DNA from: Nymphaea colorata
Lineage: Eukaryota
Reading direction: 5' to 3'
Assembly: GCF_008831285.2 (NCBI RefSeq)
Contig: NC_045138.2
Location: 33,604,001-33,668,000, forward strand
Length of the DNA: 64,000 nucleotides
Shown: piece by piece, positions 46,536-61,511 of the stretch
How the letters are laid out: each line of letters starts with the position of its first letter
Numbering within the stretch: the stretch's first letter is position 1
Made by a program: the position numbers and the translations under genes
The notes under the pieces: model-generated
Told to the model about the DNA's origin: nothing
Databases searched by the model: none
The model's input: only the letters and a program-made list of their open reading frames with translations

Positions 46536-49500
46536 GCGGGAATAATGAAAGAATTGATTACAATATTGTGGATGGTTTGACTTGATTGCGACAATTGGAT
46601 GCATCTTGTATTTATTTGATATGCTCCCTCTTTATCGTTTTTTTTAGCACCCGGATTCCTTTTTGTCATTAGTTGGGGATTAATACTCTTCTTTGATTAT
46701 CATATAATGAGAATAAGAAAATAAAAGCTACTTTATATATATATATATATATATTGTTGATCAAATACCTTAAATGTGATCCGCAAAGTTTGTTTAACGA
46801 AAAGTTGTGGTTGCGCTTGCTTGAGCTGTTTAAGTAGTCAAAAAAGAAGAAGCTGCTTCTAAATTCAGGTGATGCGACTACCACCCACTGTTTAGATTAA
46901 ACGAATTATCTTTTTCTTTCGGTTATCGTTTCCGGTTTAAGATTTCAACAGCTAAAGTTTTACCGCATAACAAAGGACAAGATAGCAAGTATTTCAGACG
47001 TAAGCATCATTTTTTATGAAACCAATTACAGTTTTTGTTTTTTAGTGTTTTTTTTTTTTTCAATTATAGTTAAACTCATCTAGCTTATATTCTTTACTTT
47101 GCTCTCATATATATATATTTTTTGATAAAGTGGGTTTCTCTTCTCTTTTTATCTGCCTCTTTCTCTCTACTCTCTAAGGAGTTGTGTGCTAGAGCAAACA
47201 AAGGCCCTCACCTTTTTCATTGTCTCCCAAGTTTAAGGCTACTTTAACCTTAACCTGTGCATACAATTGTCACTTAAACCCACCCGCGACTGGAGGAATA
47301 TTAAAAGTAAACCCAAGGGTAACTAACATTGAATGCTTACTAGATTCGAGCCATTTATATCTCTGGTTACATTACAGTGGCGAAGTTAGAAAAATTGGTT
47401 AAAGAAACACTCGTTTATAAATACTCATATCAGGTGGGGCACTTATATATATATATATATATATATAAGATAAATGTTTAATGATGTTTATTTAAAAATA
47501 AATTTTTTTTAACATACTGGTGTGAGCAACTGCTTACACAAATCATCGTGGTTAGTTATTGTGGTGTGATAACTATAGTTAAGGTTCTCAATTTAACCGT
47601 GGTTAATGATGATTCTGTTTTTTCAAGTTCACTTGGAATTACATGCGTTGACTTAAGTTGCAACCAGCTTTTGCATTGACCGAATTAGGACCAGTGGGCC
47701 AAAACTGATTGAAAAATTAGGGCCGCATGGTCTTTTGTTTGGTTTGGTTGCCTTTTCCTTTCTCCATGCTCTGGCGCGCATTACGGAACATTCAATAGAA
47801 TTCCACAACTCCCTTCGCCAGTTTAATCAATGAACCGAGTCATCCCTCACGTGGAGGATTAGGCAGATTCTAATTAAACCGGATCGGTGGCAAACCGTAT
47901 CGAATTTGGAGGTACGAGTCGACGGCAATTTCTTTCACCGTGAGACGAGCACGTATCGGCCGGCATGGAGAGCTAAAAAAGGGGAAGAAGCATCATGATG
48001 ATGAGTCGGAACAGGCGTCCGACGGCGAAGAAAACAAGAAAACATGTTCCCCCGGAATTCCCTCCCCGAATCATTCCTCTTCCTCAATTCCCCTGTCCGT
48101 CTCAAACGCCGGAACGGCGTTCTCGGGGGCCGGGAAAGAACCGGTGTGCTGACGTCAATGATTGTGAGCCACAGGTTTGGTTAATGGGGTCAACGTGGGG
48201 CCCTTAGTTGCATGCGCGCGTGCTCCCCTTTCCCCCCCCCCCACCTGCCGTCGGGTCAAAGGCTGAGAGCGACGGCCGGAAAGAGAGGCGTCGATCCGTT
48301 GACGAGAGGACGGCTAGGTTTGGCTCGCCTACCGGCTAGCCCCTCGAACAAGTGGGCTCGAACCTACCAAGTTCCATGTACCCTGGATCCGGGTCTGGCT
48401 ATCCCACCGGAGATCGATCCGGACTGGACACCCCTGAGTGGGTGGGTAGATGTGAGACGCTTGATTTCAACGGGCATGTTGATGGCGTTGCTTGACTGCA
48501 AAAGAAGAGCACACGTTCAATGGCAGAGGGTGTGGCCGGCACACAAATATTTTGAACAGATCGTGGCATGTTTTGCGGGTGGGGGGACATCTGCACGCCC
48601 TTTGGTTTTGGTTTTGCTTCTTGAGACGTCGACTGCACCCGACTCAAAAAAAAAAAAAAAAAAAAAAAACCCATTTTCTTTCTCTTTTCCCTTGAAATGT
48701 GATTCGAATTACTTCTTTTCCCATGGCTGCTATTTTATCTGCAGGCTTGACCATGATCATGAGTTAGACATATTATTTCTACCATCTTATCTTTTAAGTA
48801 GCTTCACCTTTTTACTGTTATGATGCATATGATGTCTTCTTGACAATGATCGTGGAGAGCTATGACGACCATAATGGTGATCTTGACTTGGATGGATTTG
48901 ATCATCCTTAATTGGCTTCGTCCTTAAATCTTTGTGGGACTTCATTACTGCAATTTGTATAGTATCCTGATCAAGTCTGGTCTTATAGACAGTATTTACT
49001 TACATGATTTAAAGCTTGACTTATATATATGTTTCTTCAGGCAGTCAAATACATCTTTCTTCCTTTTTATTGGCTTTTTAAGTTCGGCTTTCTATCGAAT
49101 GCACCATATTGCATACAACATATAAGATGTTTATATCATCTATATTTTTATCTGAACGAATCTTACCATGCACCTATGATTCTATCTAATTGATGCCAAC
49201 TGCCTGGACAAGGGAAAAGGTGAACTACAACAATCATGCGTCGATCAGGATCAGGATCGACCAATTCAATCTGAGTGTCAAAGATTCATAATGGGAAGGT
49301 CACGCTTTTCCTTTGGAAAACATGATTCAGTATCCGATCTTTAGCAGACAGTCTATGCTCAAACATTTCTGGCCATAGAGGATCGTCGGGTACAACTTGC
49401 GTCTACATTTTTAGGTACAACAATTCCATCTTTTTATTAGCATAAAATATCACCTCCACTAACTAACTAATAGATATACATACATATAGACACACACACA

Positions 49501-51292
49501 CACACACACACACGACAGGGAGACAGAGAATGGAGTTTGCTTTTCGTTCATGCGTTTCAGAGCTATCATGAATGCTTGAGGATTAAAGTTTTGCAGTAAA
49601 TGATAGATATATAGCTTGGTGAATTATTGGGAATTCATGGAACTCTGCCAACTTTGTAGTTAAAATAATTTGGGTTGCCCTTAGAATGTGGACTGTGCTT
49701 AATGGCCGACGTAGGTCTTCATCTCGTTGATCGACACAAATAAGTCTGAAGTTGATACGAAGCAGTAGTGCAGGCTCTTAGCAAAACATAGAAAATAGGA
49801 GCAGCTGTTTTGCAATTTACTCATGAAGTATTACGACACACACTAGCCAGAAACTGGAGTTCACTTTTTGAAGAAAGAGTGGTCACCGCCTGCCGGCAAA
49901 GGTTTTAGTGGTGTCTGTTACGGGTCATCGTCTAGTCTATTACGCAAGATTTGACGTGATCTTTTGCCGGAAATCGATCGGAGGAAGTCTAGTAATGTGC
50001 CAGTGCTCTTTTCACTTTACACATGGAAGAAATAAATTTGTATACGCATTCTTTTCCTCTTCTGTATAAGCGAGAGAGAGAAGGAGAGAGAGAGACTGTT
50101 GCTTGGCTCAGTTCAGCTCACCCAGCGTTCGTTCAGGGCTGATGGCTCGTTAAGAAAGTGATTGGCGAGGATAGGTTTTCTTCTTATAGATAAACAAGCC
50201 GAGTATGAGCGTAGAGTGTCTGCTTCAACTAAGATAATTACGTGCGCTCGTTTTTGTAAAAGTATTGGATATGTATCTTATTTTTGTCACTGTCCTTCGC
50301 CTAACCTTCAGCACTACTGTCTTTTATTTCAAAATCAGGAACTTTCTCAATGGAATGAATTGATAGCGATGTCCTTCCTTTTTTGAGAATGAAAGGTGTA
50401 CCTCACAAACCGAGCAAAAAACATTAATTTCAAGGCCCTAATTAATATGTCAGCACAAGTGTATCCCAAACATGTTCATCGGAAATTCTGAGTAATTACA
50501 CATCTTATGTACATATAACATGATCAAATTCGGGTGTTTGGAAATTTGAAGGAGAAAGCGAAGAGCATCTAGAAATTAAAATGTTGGCTTCTTTTCTTGG
50601 CATAAAGCACGAAATGATCGTTTCTGAAAAGGAAGTTTTTCTAACAAAAGGCTACAGAAGGTGGAGAGTATGATACAGGGAGGAATACACAGGAAGCTGC
50701 TTGGTCGGTTGATTCATGTGAAAATGCAACACATCTGTGCACACTATGAGGCAGAATAGCATGGAGAATTCAGCAATGGCGCGCCGCTTGGTTGAGTCAC
50801 CACAATTAGGTCAAGTTCCGTCTTCTTACTCAAAGTCTAACAACATCGCTAGCTTTACGGCATGACCCCTCCTTTCATGCCCCTGTCGTCATCCCCATTA
50901 ATGGAAGACCATGGGACCCCCATAACCAGGGGACCAACTTCGATTTAAGGTGTGTGTCTGTGCGTGCACGCACCTCCTCCACGGCCACGAGCGTCAAACC
51001 TTTTTAGAAAAATCTGGCACTGTAGATGAGGCTAGATCCATGTCTAAATTTATAATATGAGTGGAAAAGAATGTTTGTGGAAATTAAATGTGTGGATGTG
51101 TTTCTGCGACTCTCTGTTCTCCAAGTTGGTGGACTAATATTGATTTAATCTAGTATAAAATATAAATTTTATTCTATACATTTATATATGTATATAAGAT
51201 GAGAAATCTTCTGAGCATCCGCCCTGAGCAAACACACCACCTGGTTCCTTGAGATTTCTCGGCACAAGCTTGAAACGAAGAATTCGAAGGAT

Positions 51293-51316
51293 TCTCTCTC
51301 TCTCTCTATCTATCTA

Positions 51317-51378
<62 letters not shown>
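51293..51378. repeat. Compound microsatellite (TC)7(TATC)3(TA)30
   Basis: Read directly from the sequence. Confidence 0.95.
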
Positions 51379-51380
<2 letters not shown>

Positions 51381-54300
51381 CTTGCCCTTTCTAATGTGTT
51401 GGGATAGTGGGTGGGCAGTGGCGGACGAGACGCAAAAATTTGACTTCCCTCGACGCCACACCTCTCAGCTAATGCTGTTGGTGCCTCTTCCTGCCATCGA
51501 GGAATTACATATAGTCTCCGTTTGCCGTTGAACGAAAAGAAAAAGAAAAAGAAGAGAACTTTTGAACACGATTCAAAATTTTCTGGTCCCAAATCCGATC
51601 TGCTATAAGGGTTTCGTTCACCGCTTGCATGCATTCACCTTTCAGTTGTTGGTTAGCAGGAAAATGAAGCTCTGTAGAGATTCTGATTAAAAGTAATGTA
51701 CAGTGGCAACTGGTACTACTACTCGACGCTGCCCGATCTTATATAGTATCAACCCCTAAAATTAATGTGATGGCCACAGAATAAGCGTGCAAGTAGCGCC
51801 ATAATATCGTGACACATATTGCAAGATGGAAGGTGGCAGTGGACGGGAGTCAACCACCCTTTTCTCTGCAAAACATTCAGGAAAACACAGCAGCGCGCGC
51901 GGCCATCTATTTCTATCTTTAATCTTTCACTGGCAACTGTTTCAAGGCTTCACGCGCATACACGCAGCATATTTGTGTGTGTGTGTAAGAAAGAGAGAGA
52001 GAGAGAAAATAATTAATTATAGGGGCGCCGCTAAGAGACATATACTAGCACTTAAATCTACTAGTTAGGTCTCAACTTTTAGGTTTTAGATGAAAGGTTG
52101 CACATTAAAAATGGAACCCTTTCTAGTTTATCATCAAAGTTAATGGTTTTTTTTTTTTTTTATCTCATGTCCAAATGATATCGTGGCATAGTCTCTCTCT
52201 TTTTCAAGAATCTGTTCCAATGGAAGTTTCTCGAACGCATGACACAATTTTGCTGCGGCCAGTCCGCTTTCGCTTTCACTTGAATTGTTGATTTATCAGC
52301 TATTCTATTCTTTCTGTTTAAAGATTCGTTCACCATTTGCCGGTTCATAACTATCTCAAGCCAACCAAATCTAAGTTTTTGTTGATCAACTATTTACTGA
52401 ACCCAATAACTTGTTGGGTTCAGTCTGACACTGCCCAGGTTCTCCAAACAAAGAAATTAAAAGAACATTTTCTTTTTCTTTTTATGTTATGTACTGAAGA
52501 AAGCAAATCCTAAGCAGTCAACAAAGTTGAAATTCAACTCTGCTCCCACTAAAGTTGACTTAAACCCTAGCTCTCCAGAGACCATCATGCCTCCAATTTG
52601 AATTTTGGTTCTCATGTCCAGACTTATGCTGTACACACTCTGAAAGTTAATGGGTTTTACATGGACAGTTGACTTGTTGCAGTGAAAAGTGGGGGTGCAC
52701 CCACACTGTTTGTAACCCTAAAAGCAGTGATAGGTTTTGGTGATTTTGTCCTCTTGCAACACTCACTTCTTCCCTTTCCCTATTCTTGGTAAACGCTAAA
52801 GCTACATATGTGAGGTTTGAGTCATTTGTCCTCTTGCCATCCTCATCTTCATCACCTTTCCCTTTGTTTATGTACTATCATTTTCCCTTTGAAGACATGA
52901 GTAAAAAGAGAAAGTAAAGAAATGCATGCAGCAGAGAGCCTCCCATGACTTCTCATGACTCACAAATATGAAAACATGAGATCATCATTCCATGTGTATC
53001 CAGTTGTAGGTGACCTAGTGCACTGGATGACATCATGAAAATGTCATAAATTTAAGAGAGAAAAAAGCAAGAAGCAGGCGGGCTGTCCAACTGTTAACGA
53101 AGTAAAGATAGAGCAGCTGTGGAGTTTTATAAAGCATTTGACTCGGGGAATTTTTCACTCTTTTGTTTGTTGTTGGGTTTAGGATGAGAGGGTGGTGACG
53201 AGGAATAGGTTGGACCTACTCTTTTTTAACACTACTTTCTATATTCCCATCATTGCTATCGAAAGTAGAAAGGAAATTCATTCACAAAACTTGCTGTCCA
53301 CGACCACTTTCAATCTAATATATTTTCTCGGGCCTCTGATCCTTTGAACCCTGCACTGTCAGCTTTCCTACTTTAAACTTTGTCGTTTCCTTTCTTTAGA
53401 AAGCCCTTTTCTTTGTTTTCTACAATGGCCATGATGCAACTACAATCATGATCGAGACGAACTAAGCAGATCACAGGATACTCTGAGAAAGAGAGAGAGA
53501 GAGAGAGAGATCCACAGCTACAGATTGCAGTACTTTAAGATGGTGAAGTCTGAGATTGGTGGTAATTTTATATATGCCGTTGTTATGTTTGTCATTAGTG
53601 TGAGATTTGAGATCGGACGTACGCAGTGCCTGTGAGCATGCGAGATGCAGGTCAAAGGAGACATAATTTAGTGGGTGTGAGGTGATCATTGAGTGCTTAA
53701 ACACTTTTCAAAACTCTGAACTAATAATCAGTAATTAAACTCAGGCTTCAAAGTGGGCTCACACACACACACACACACACATATTTAGAAATAAAAATTT
53801 CAGATTGCTTTCAGATTAATATCAGTAACCCTATATGACAGGGGAAATCGGCAGTTCTTTTCAAATATATTGTGATTTTACCATAAATTAGAAAGCAATA
53901 GAATTCCAACAGAAGCATGCCATTTCCAAAATGCAACTAGTTAAAAATGCTCACCATCCACATTAGCATAATTTTAAATAGTTTCGTGATCTTATTACTT
54001 CATAATTTTTAACTCTATTTTTATGTATTCTTAAATTTGAAATATCTATTTTTCTATCAATCGTTTTCTATTTCACTACGAATATCTTCTTTTCAAGAAA
54101 AAAAAAAAAAAAATCCTATCGCTGTAGCGCTCCGTCCGTTGAAGGTGGGGTTAAGATCATCAAGTTGAAGGTCAAGAATTCACCAGTGCTCTATCGGCAT
54201 GCGTCTTTGTTATATAATTCAGGAAGTGGGCTTAAGATCTTCAACTCAATCGAAGGCGACGATGAGATCGGACACTCAGACAACATTCTCTGACGAAAAG

Positions 54301-55594
54301 AAATCCGATACAGTAGAACTCCCAGTGACAACACCATAAACGGCAAGATCGGCACAATTTGCAACAGAAAATGTCCGGAAGGCCGGAGAGGACGGAGACA
54401 TTTTTCTCTGTACGTCATCTATCGAGACTCTAGGAGCAACCCTAGTCACTGACAGTTGCATGCTCGTCAGTTAGACTTAAACCGCTAACGGTTTTTGTGC
54501 CCATCTACCCAGAAAGAAACACGGGGTCAACATCTAATCTGGGAGTGACCTCACTTAAGGTTGAGCCCGGAAGAAACCTACCAGAAATTGTGCAGTTAAG
54601 GAGTCTTTGATGTTGATGTAATCAATTTTGGAAAAGTATTCACAGCAGTTGGGGGCCCTGGGGGTGGTTGCTTCCATGTCTCACGGGCCCTCTGAACTTG
54701 GTAGCCTTCTTCTTTACGATCGAGTTGACAACAATGGCGGCTAGCTGTTTAATTTTCTTTTGTTTTATAGGAATATTGACCGCAGCCTCCCCTTTTTGTT
54801 TTTTGTTTTCATTTGGCAAGTAATACTGACTGCTCCACTTAAGAACAAGATTTGGTACGGCGCTGTCAGATCCAAAACATCTTTTAGGTGTAGCTAATTT
54901 GAGGATATCAATATTGATGATCGTAGTAAAGTCATGCACGGCAAATTGATACATAGGAATAGGAATCATATATACGATATATTCTGTATTTGAGGAAGAT
55001 GCATGTGGCGAAGTCGACGTGGTGTCACACGTTTGACTCGATGAACTGCTTGTCCAAGAAATGACCTTCACCAATACATGGCCGCAGTACCAGTCACGCC
55101 AAACTGGCCTTCTAGGTGGGACTATCCAGAGTTCTCGCTTTGTCTGCTTCGACGGTTAGTCGACTCATGACAGTCGGCTCTTCCGGCCCCTATTTGTTGC
55201 TTTGTGAATCTCCGTGACAAGGAAACTATGAGCTTCAGAGTTTCGCAATTTCTATGCAGCAGAAGCAGGTGAAGTGAATACAAAACAGTTGGTCCAAAGT
55301 TGACGACATTCACAAGACTAAGAGCAATATTAAAATAAAAGGTTAGGTATTACTCTTACCTAAGCATACTTTGGACTTTTTATTGGAAGGCCCACCTTCT
55401 TAACATGCTGTTACATTGTTAATTATATCTTGTCCTTTTCCGAAAATCTCCCTCACACTGCAGCACATTGGCAGGTCTCAAGTTGGTGCAGTAGGCTGGA
55501 CTAATCCGAGGCTATGCTCGTTCTTGTCGTGGCAAGCTGATTTAGGCTTTAGTTCATGGTAAACAGACCTACACTAGCGACGTACACTTGAACT

Positions 55595-56380
55595 CTATGT
55601 CACCGAGGTACGGGTACGAGAAAACAGAAAACGGGTATGAGTACGGGTACGGGTTCGACGGTTTTGTAAATCTTGATACAACGGTACGGTAATAATATTA
55701 TTTTTTAATTAAAAAAATTGTAAATTTTGAAGAAAACAAATTGTAAACCTATGAAAATAAGAAAATACAAGCAAACAAGATTACTCTTAAAAAACAAAAC
55801 AGAACAAAACAAAAGAAACACCTATACGAAATGGATGTTCAATATGTATCTGCAAAAAAATAAACAATAACTTGCTGTTGCACAATAAAGAAGGAGAACC
55901 AACAAAGAAGTTTTCCTTCTGCTAGGTTTTAGTTTTTTCTCAGGTTTTCCTAATCTAAAAGCAGCACTTGGCAGATGGATGAGCCACACAACAATGTTTA
56001 ACAGTCACCGTGCCGTTTACAAGCTCCGTTGGTTCACACAAATCAGAACTAACAAGTATACGTCTTCAAGATTTCTGAAGTTAAGAACCCTACGGCCATT
56101 TTTCGTTCTTCAGATTACCAAATAGTGAGAACATCAGGATTATCAAACAAATGGAAACTGACAAGAATCTCACCGTCCGTCGCCGTCCAACGGTCGTCCG
56201 TCACCAAACGAAGAAACTCGAGAAGCTGAGAGGGAGAAGGAGAAGACGAGCGATCTGAGGTTGGGGTTTTCGGTTTTCCTTTTTATGTTTTTTTTAAAAA
56301 AATTTGATATGGTTTGGATCTGGTTTTGACCCGAAACCAGATCTAAACGTACCGCCACCAAGCGTACCACGATGACATAG
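55595..56380. mobile_element. Non-autonomous DNA transposon (hAT-like by its 8-bp TSD), copy 1, both ends intact
   Basis: 18-bp TIRs: left CTATGTCACCGAGGTACG versus reverse complement of the right end CTATGTCATCGTGGTACG (2 mismatches). Flanking direct repeat CTTGAACT (55587-55594) / CTTGAACC (56381-56388). Subterminal GGTAC(G) repeats. No transposase ORF. Confidence 0.85.
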
Positions 56381-57565
56381 CTTGAACCATGCTTTTGGCG
56401 TTCGACGAGATTCGGTTTCTAATTATGCTGAACTAATTTCAAATTGGCACATATTCAGAAGGCTTTATTTCAAAGCCCTCTGCAACAGAATTTGTACTTA
56501 TATCAATGTCACTTTATTAATGGCAAACTAAATTCTTCAGCATCTGATCTGACAGGCGTTCATAGTTTCATAGTTACTAGGCAACCCGGCCACTTCCCTT
56601 TCCAAAGTTCGCCTTTTGTAAATCCCATCGAATATGCCATGCTAATCATGCTTCACTGCCCGCATTGCTTTAAAATAGAAGTAGCACGCATACGCAAAAC
56701 CAAAAACAATCGAATGAATACGTATCTGGCCAATCTAACATTAAGTCCAGCATCCCGCTTAAACTTCAACCACCTAAAGAGGATATCCTCACAGGCTTTT
56801 CGAAGCCAATACTGGACAATCCATTAAGTGAAATTATAAAACACACGAATAATATGACAGGAGATCTCAGAAGCAGATTGCCAATGACGGCCGGTAAAAA
56901 TGTTGGCTCCATGCTGTGGGGTTTTGAGCGGCAAATAACACCAATCATCTCAGTACAAACATTCAATGATGAGAAACAAAGTTAATATCCGATTATACTT
57001 GAGTGACCGACATCCATCCAACGTAATGCCAGATAATATGGGTGTAGTCCGCAGATACATGGATAAAGACGTCTCCAATAAGTTTCGAAGTTAGTACATT
57101 GGGTGAAACAGGAGATCATATTCTTTCGCACGATTTGATCTGATAAAAGAACAATTTCAAAGAGCCATAGTGTTCAAATGGGCTATGCTGTCCACCATTT
57201 TTGCACAAGGCACACGTCGTCTGTGCAAGCACGTCCAAATATATGGAAGCAAAGAGAGGGAGAGGGAGAGGGAGAGGGAGAGAGTCTGCACTGTCTCGTT
57301 CCCACAAACTGTACAGACAAGCGAGCACCATGGCCACTACAAAGTACACTTACGAGGTTGATAAAATGCCATCTAGTGTCCTGGATTGTGCCATTTGTAT
57401 AAACTATTCTAGTACAATCTCAAATACCAAAAATTAAAAATTCACAGCACTGTTTCATAGCATATTCTTACAATGTAGAAGAACAGCAGCGCACACATGT
57501 ATCAAGTATCAAACCAGAGTACACTTGCTACCAGCGAACAGGATCAGTACATGGGACCCCGAAAT

Positions 57566-60061
57566 TCAATCTTCCTCTCTTTCAGGAGGCAGACCACAAG
57601 GCAGCAACATTTTCTGTCAAAAAAAAAATCTCATATTGAAAATAATTTGCAAAACCAGTATGAAATTTCTAGATTAAACAATACACTTGAAAATCCTAAA
57701 TAAAAAAAAGACCCAGCCAGAAAGTTTCCAACAAAATATTTAAATGACTGCACAAAAATAGCATGTGTAGCATGATTACTGAACTTGTTCAGAAGAATTT
57801 TCGTCACATAAGATCCCTGATTATAGAAATCCTGAACAACAGAGGACATAGCTACATAAACATTAAGGCTCTCTGAAGTATTTCACTAACTGATTCACCA
57901 GTACTGCAGTCTACATCCCCTTATAAACCAATGGTGTAGAGCTGGTAGGACAGCATGTTTGAGCTTGTTCAGCACATGGTAGTAAGTTAGATTTTTCCAT
58001 TGGTTGTGCTTTGCCATTTACCAATAAAGGCTGAAGCGCCGACAAATGTAGCCCTCAAACTTCCAACCATTGTATTTTTGGCCAAATTTCTCATGACATC
58101 ACTTCTCATATTTATTATCAAGGAAAACTGCCAAGTGCTAGATGTGCCAATCCATGGCAATATGACATGCATGTTTAAAATGCCCTGTACGGTTGTCCCT
58201 TGTTGTAAAACCCAAGTGCCCTTCCCACCAGGAACGTAAGCCCCCATTGCTTCAGATTCATAGCAAAAAGGAAAACAAAACATGCATTGAACCCTAACCG
58301 CCTTCAACTTGGAGGCTTTAGGTCAACCAACTTCGTGTTCATAAGTTGCTTAACTTGTGATTACAGGTAGCAGAATAGTTGCAAACAGCGACCAACTGTA
58401 CTCCATTATCTAATTTGGATTGCAAATGTAAAAGACAATTATGTGCCTGATTTCATTTTCTGTCAAGATTTTTAATTGCAGATTGATGTAACAGACATAA
58501 ACTTCCACTTTCAAAACTATAGCATTTGGATTACAAATGTGAAGGACAGTTATGTGCTTTGTTTTCCTTTTTCCTCAAGATGTTTAATTGGAGATAGATG
58601 TAATAGTAACTTTTGGTTGACAGCATTAAGCATGCATAGCAAGGCGAAACCATCCATAGGAAGCAAATTTTCCTGTTAATTACTCTTTCCCCAAGCTAAC
58701 ACAAAAAGTGATGCCAAAAAAGAAACTACTTTTACGATATCTACAGCAGACAAAAATTGTACATTCCATTTCATCTCCAAGTTAATACAAGTATTATGTT
58801 CCTATTAAGTTTCTCTTTCTCAAAAACAAAACCCCAAGGAAAAATAAATCAATTTCTAACGATAGGTAATGTTCCATGCATCTAAATAAGCTTGTGAAAA
58901 GAAAAAACAGGAAATTTTTATGATAAGGAATTGCAGACCAGAAACAATTTCTGGCCATTTGATCAGGACGTACTACAACACATCAAGGGGACCAAATAGA
59001 AGATGCTCCCATTATAAATTATACACATGCCCGCACACACAAATAATAAGTATTTCTAATAGTTTAGTTTTTTGTTCTTTATTTTTTCTAAAAGCTTTTT
59101 GATCACCAAGATGACCAGTTAAGACTAGGTGATCAGTTAGTCTACAGCATTTCTTCCTGAGCTTTTGAACATTAATACAAATAATATTTTTTTTTATACT
59201 TTGTGGGCAGCTTGTGTGCATTGTTAATTCAGTATGTACACTTCGTGAAGCATTTGCTCATCCAAGATCTCTGTTCTATCCAGTATTGCCAGACCCCTTG
59301 TTCTGGCCTTATTAAGCTTTATCTTTTCTTGTGAGCCTTGTGCTCGAATTGTTGTTCCTTGCATGAACTAACAGATGGTGACTGCCCATGTTGTCTATGA
59401 ATATCATACTGTGTGAGGCTATCGTGTACAATCATGCATTTTTTTATGAAGTAGATGTCCTATGAGTTTTCTGTCTACTCTGTTAAGCAATTTGTGGGAT
59501 CTTTCAGTTTGGTCTTTTAATATCATCCTTTTTTGGTAAACCTCAAGGTTGCCACATTGTTCCTTGCATGAAATAACAATCACCACTGTTCATGTTTGCC
59601 TAAAATTCCAGCCACCAATGAAAACTGAGGTTGAAAAGATTACCTGCATAAAGTTGTACCGCTCTCTCCCTATGGATTCATTTTCAGCAATTGCAAAATA
59701 GGCCAGCATTGGATAGTGGCCAATATATGATGCATAACTGTCACGTTGAATGTTCACAGCCCATTCACTGCACCAGGAAAACTTGGATCATCTTTCAATC
59801 TCAAGGGGATGGAAACATGAGATGTATTCTATGCATGACATGAATAAACAACTGGATAATAACTAATAAGGAACTCACAATCTGCTCAGATCTGCATGAC
59901 CAGTTCCGACATATTTTGCTTGGAGGTGCTCAAGTTGAGAGTTGATATTGAATCTGTCACTTGCCTATAGGAAATGATAACATAATATGGTTGCCATTAA
60001 GCTGCCATTTGGCAACAAAGCACCAAAAGAGAGTAGATAAATTACTACAATTTACCTGCAT
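57566..60061 (-). CDS. SF3B5: Splicing factor 3B subunit 5 (SF3b10/RDS3-complex subunit), 87 aa, 4 coding exons
   Basis: Not in the ORF track because the exons are short. Coding exons 60061-60056 (ATG CAG), 59964-59879, 59767-59644 and 57613-57566 total 264 nt and translate to MQASDRFNINSQLEHLQAKYVGTGHADLSRFEWAVNIQRDSYASYIGHYPMLAYFAIAENESIGRERYNFMQKMLLPCGLPPEREED*. All junctions are GT-AG. Confidence 0.96.
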
Positions 60062-61511
60062 GATTTGTAAATGCCTCTTTCTTTATTGACCAAGTTAAAA
60101 GATGACCGTTAACTTTTGATATACCTGATACAGGTTACAGAATTAGTACACGAAATATGAAGGAAAGAATCATGAATGCATTAACGCCATTATAAGAATA
60201 CAATTAGTAGCAGAAAACTAGAAATTTCAAATTCCAGCAGATAGGGGTCGGGCGTTTTGTAAGACGCAAGTTTACACACCCTATCGAAAGAAGGTGGCAT
60301 ACTTGGTGTTTGGAGACAAGGAGTTGGAAAGCTGGGTGGATAGCCTCTCCATGTCTCAGGTGCATCACCATCATGAAAAGAACCTAGCCCATTCTTGAAT
60401 CCAGCACCCTTCTTCTTTTTATGCTTTATAGAATGAGGATAGGAGAAGCTGGGTCACATGGAGAATTTATTTATGAGAGACAATCGAACTCTTGGCCAGC
60501 CAATCCAGTCAAAAGGGTGTAACTTTCAGGTTTCAATGTCTAGTCGATGAAAAGTTTCTGAATCCTTTCAAGAAGCTAAGTAAACAGAGGATAGGGCAAT
60601 AGTGCAACTGCATCTCCTCTCATGATATTCTCTTTGCACACTCTTTCCATGTCCCTATCGGCATTTAATATAAACAAACTGCTAGTAAAATTTTCAAATA
60701 TGCACATTCTAGCTGAAAAATAAAACAGATTGCCTTTTCTTTCTTGAGTTACAGTTAGTTCCATCATCCATGTTAGTCCTTTGCGAGGCTATTATTAGGT
60801 CATTTGAGGTTCGACATATCAAGAAAAACTCAAGCTTATAGCTACTGAAAAAATTATGAGAACCCTCCTAGCAATTGCCATTTTGCAAACAACGAAAATT
60901 CTGCGTATTTTGTATACGTTTAGCAGTTCATGGCATATTCAGTCACGTAGGGCATATTAATATAACTCCCTTTCAAATATTCAGATTCACTTATGCATCT
61001 TGATTATATTTCATATCCTAAAAAAGGCAAAGAAATGAGCCCGTCTTTTTCATTAAGAAGTGCCAGTCGGAAGGTCAAGAAATAAAAAGGAAAACCATAT
61101 TCTTAGGATAAGCAGACACGTCTATGACGCCTATAAGGACTAAATCAACGGATAAGGTGAACACAGTAGCTGAGAAAGAAACAAACTAAAAAATAAGTCG
61201 AACCAAAAGCGTATACCAGTGAACCTATTCCAAATTTCCAATCACAATGTCGTCAAATTTCTCATCACCGCAGTTCTTAAATCACCATCCCTAATGACGC
61301 ACAAGTAAATACCAGGAAATCCAAATAACCCATCAACAAGACAGAGCAACCACATGAAGAACAAGAAGAAGCCTCGCTGTCATATTGACTTCTCGCTAAT
61401 GGATGCAAAAATTAGGGCAAGGATGTGAGAAGGGTCAAGGGGAACCAAAGGAAGCCTACAGGAAACCATGGCCCAGAGAGAGAGAGAGAGATGAACCTGA
61501 AGGACGGAGAC

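Noticed and set aside
48212..48823. 203-aa plus-strand ORF
   Set aside because: Runs through a poly-A tract (KKKKKKK) and low-complexity sequence with no domain. Likely a chance ORF in GC-rich upstream DNA.
50095..50175. Possible miR171-like sequence; also a partial miR397-like word near 53686
   Set aside because: Only partial matches of about 10-12 nt to the mature sequences as I recall them, with no complementary arm.
50927..51226. CAGGG...CCCTG-bounded segment containing the palindrome GTGCGTGCACGCAC
   Set aside because: The flanks (CCCATAAC / AGCAAACA) do not form a TSD and the inverted match is only about 5 bp, so I cannot delimit an element.
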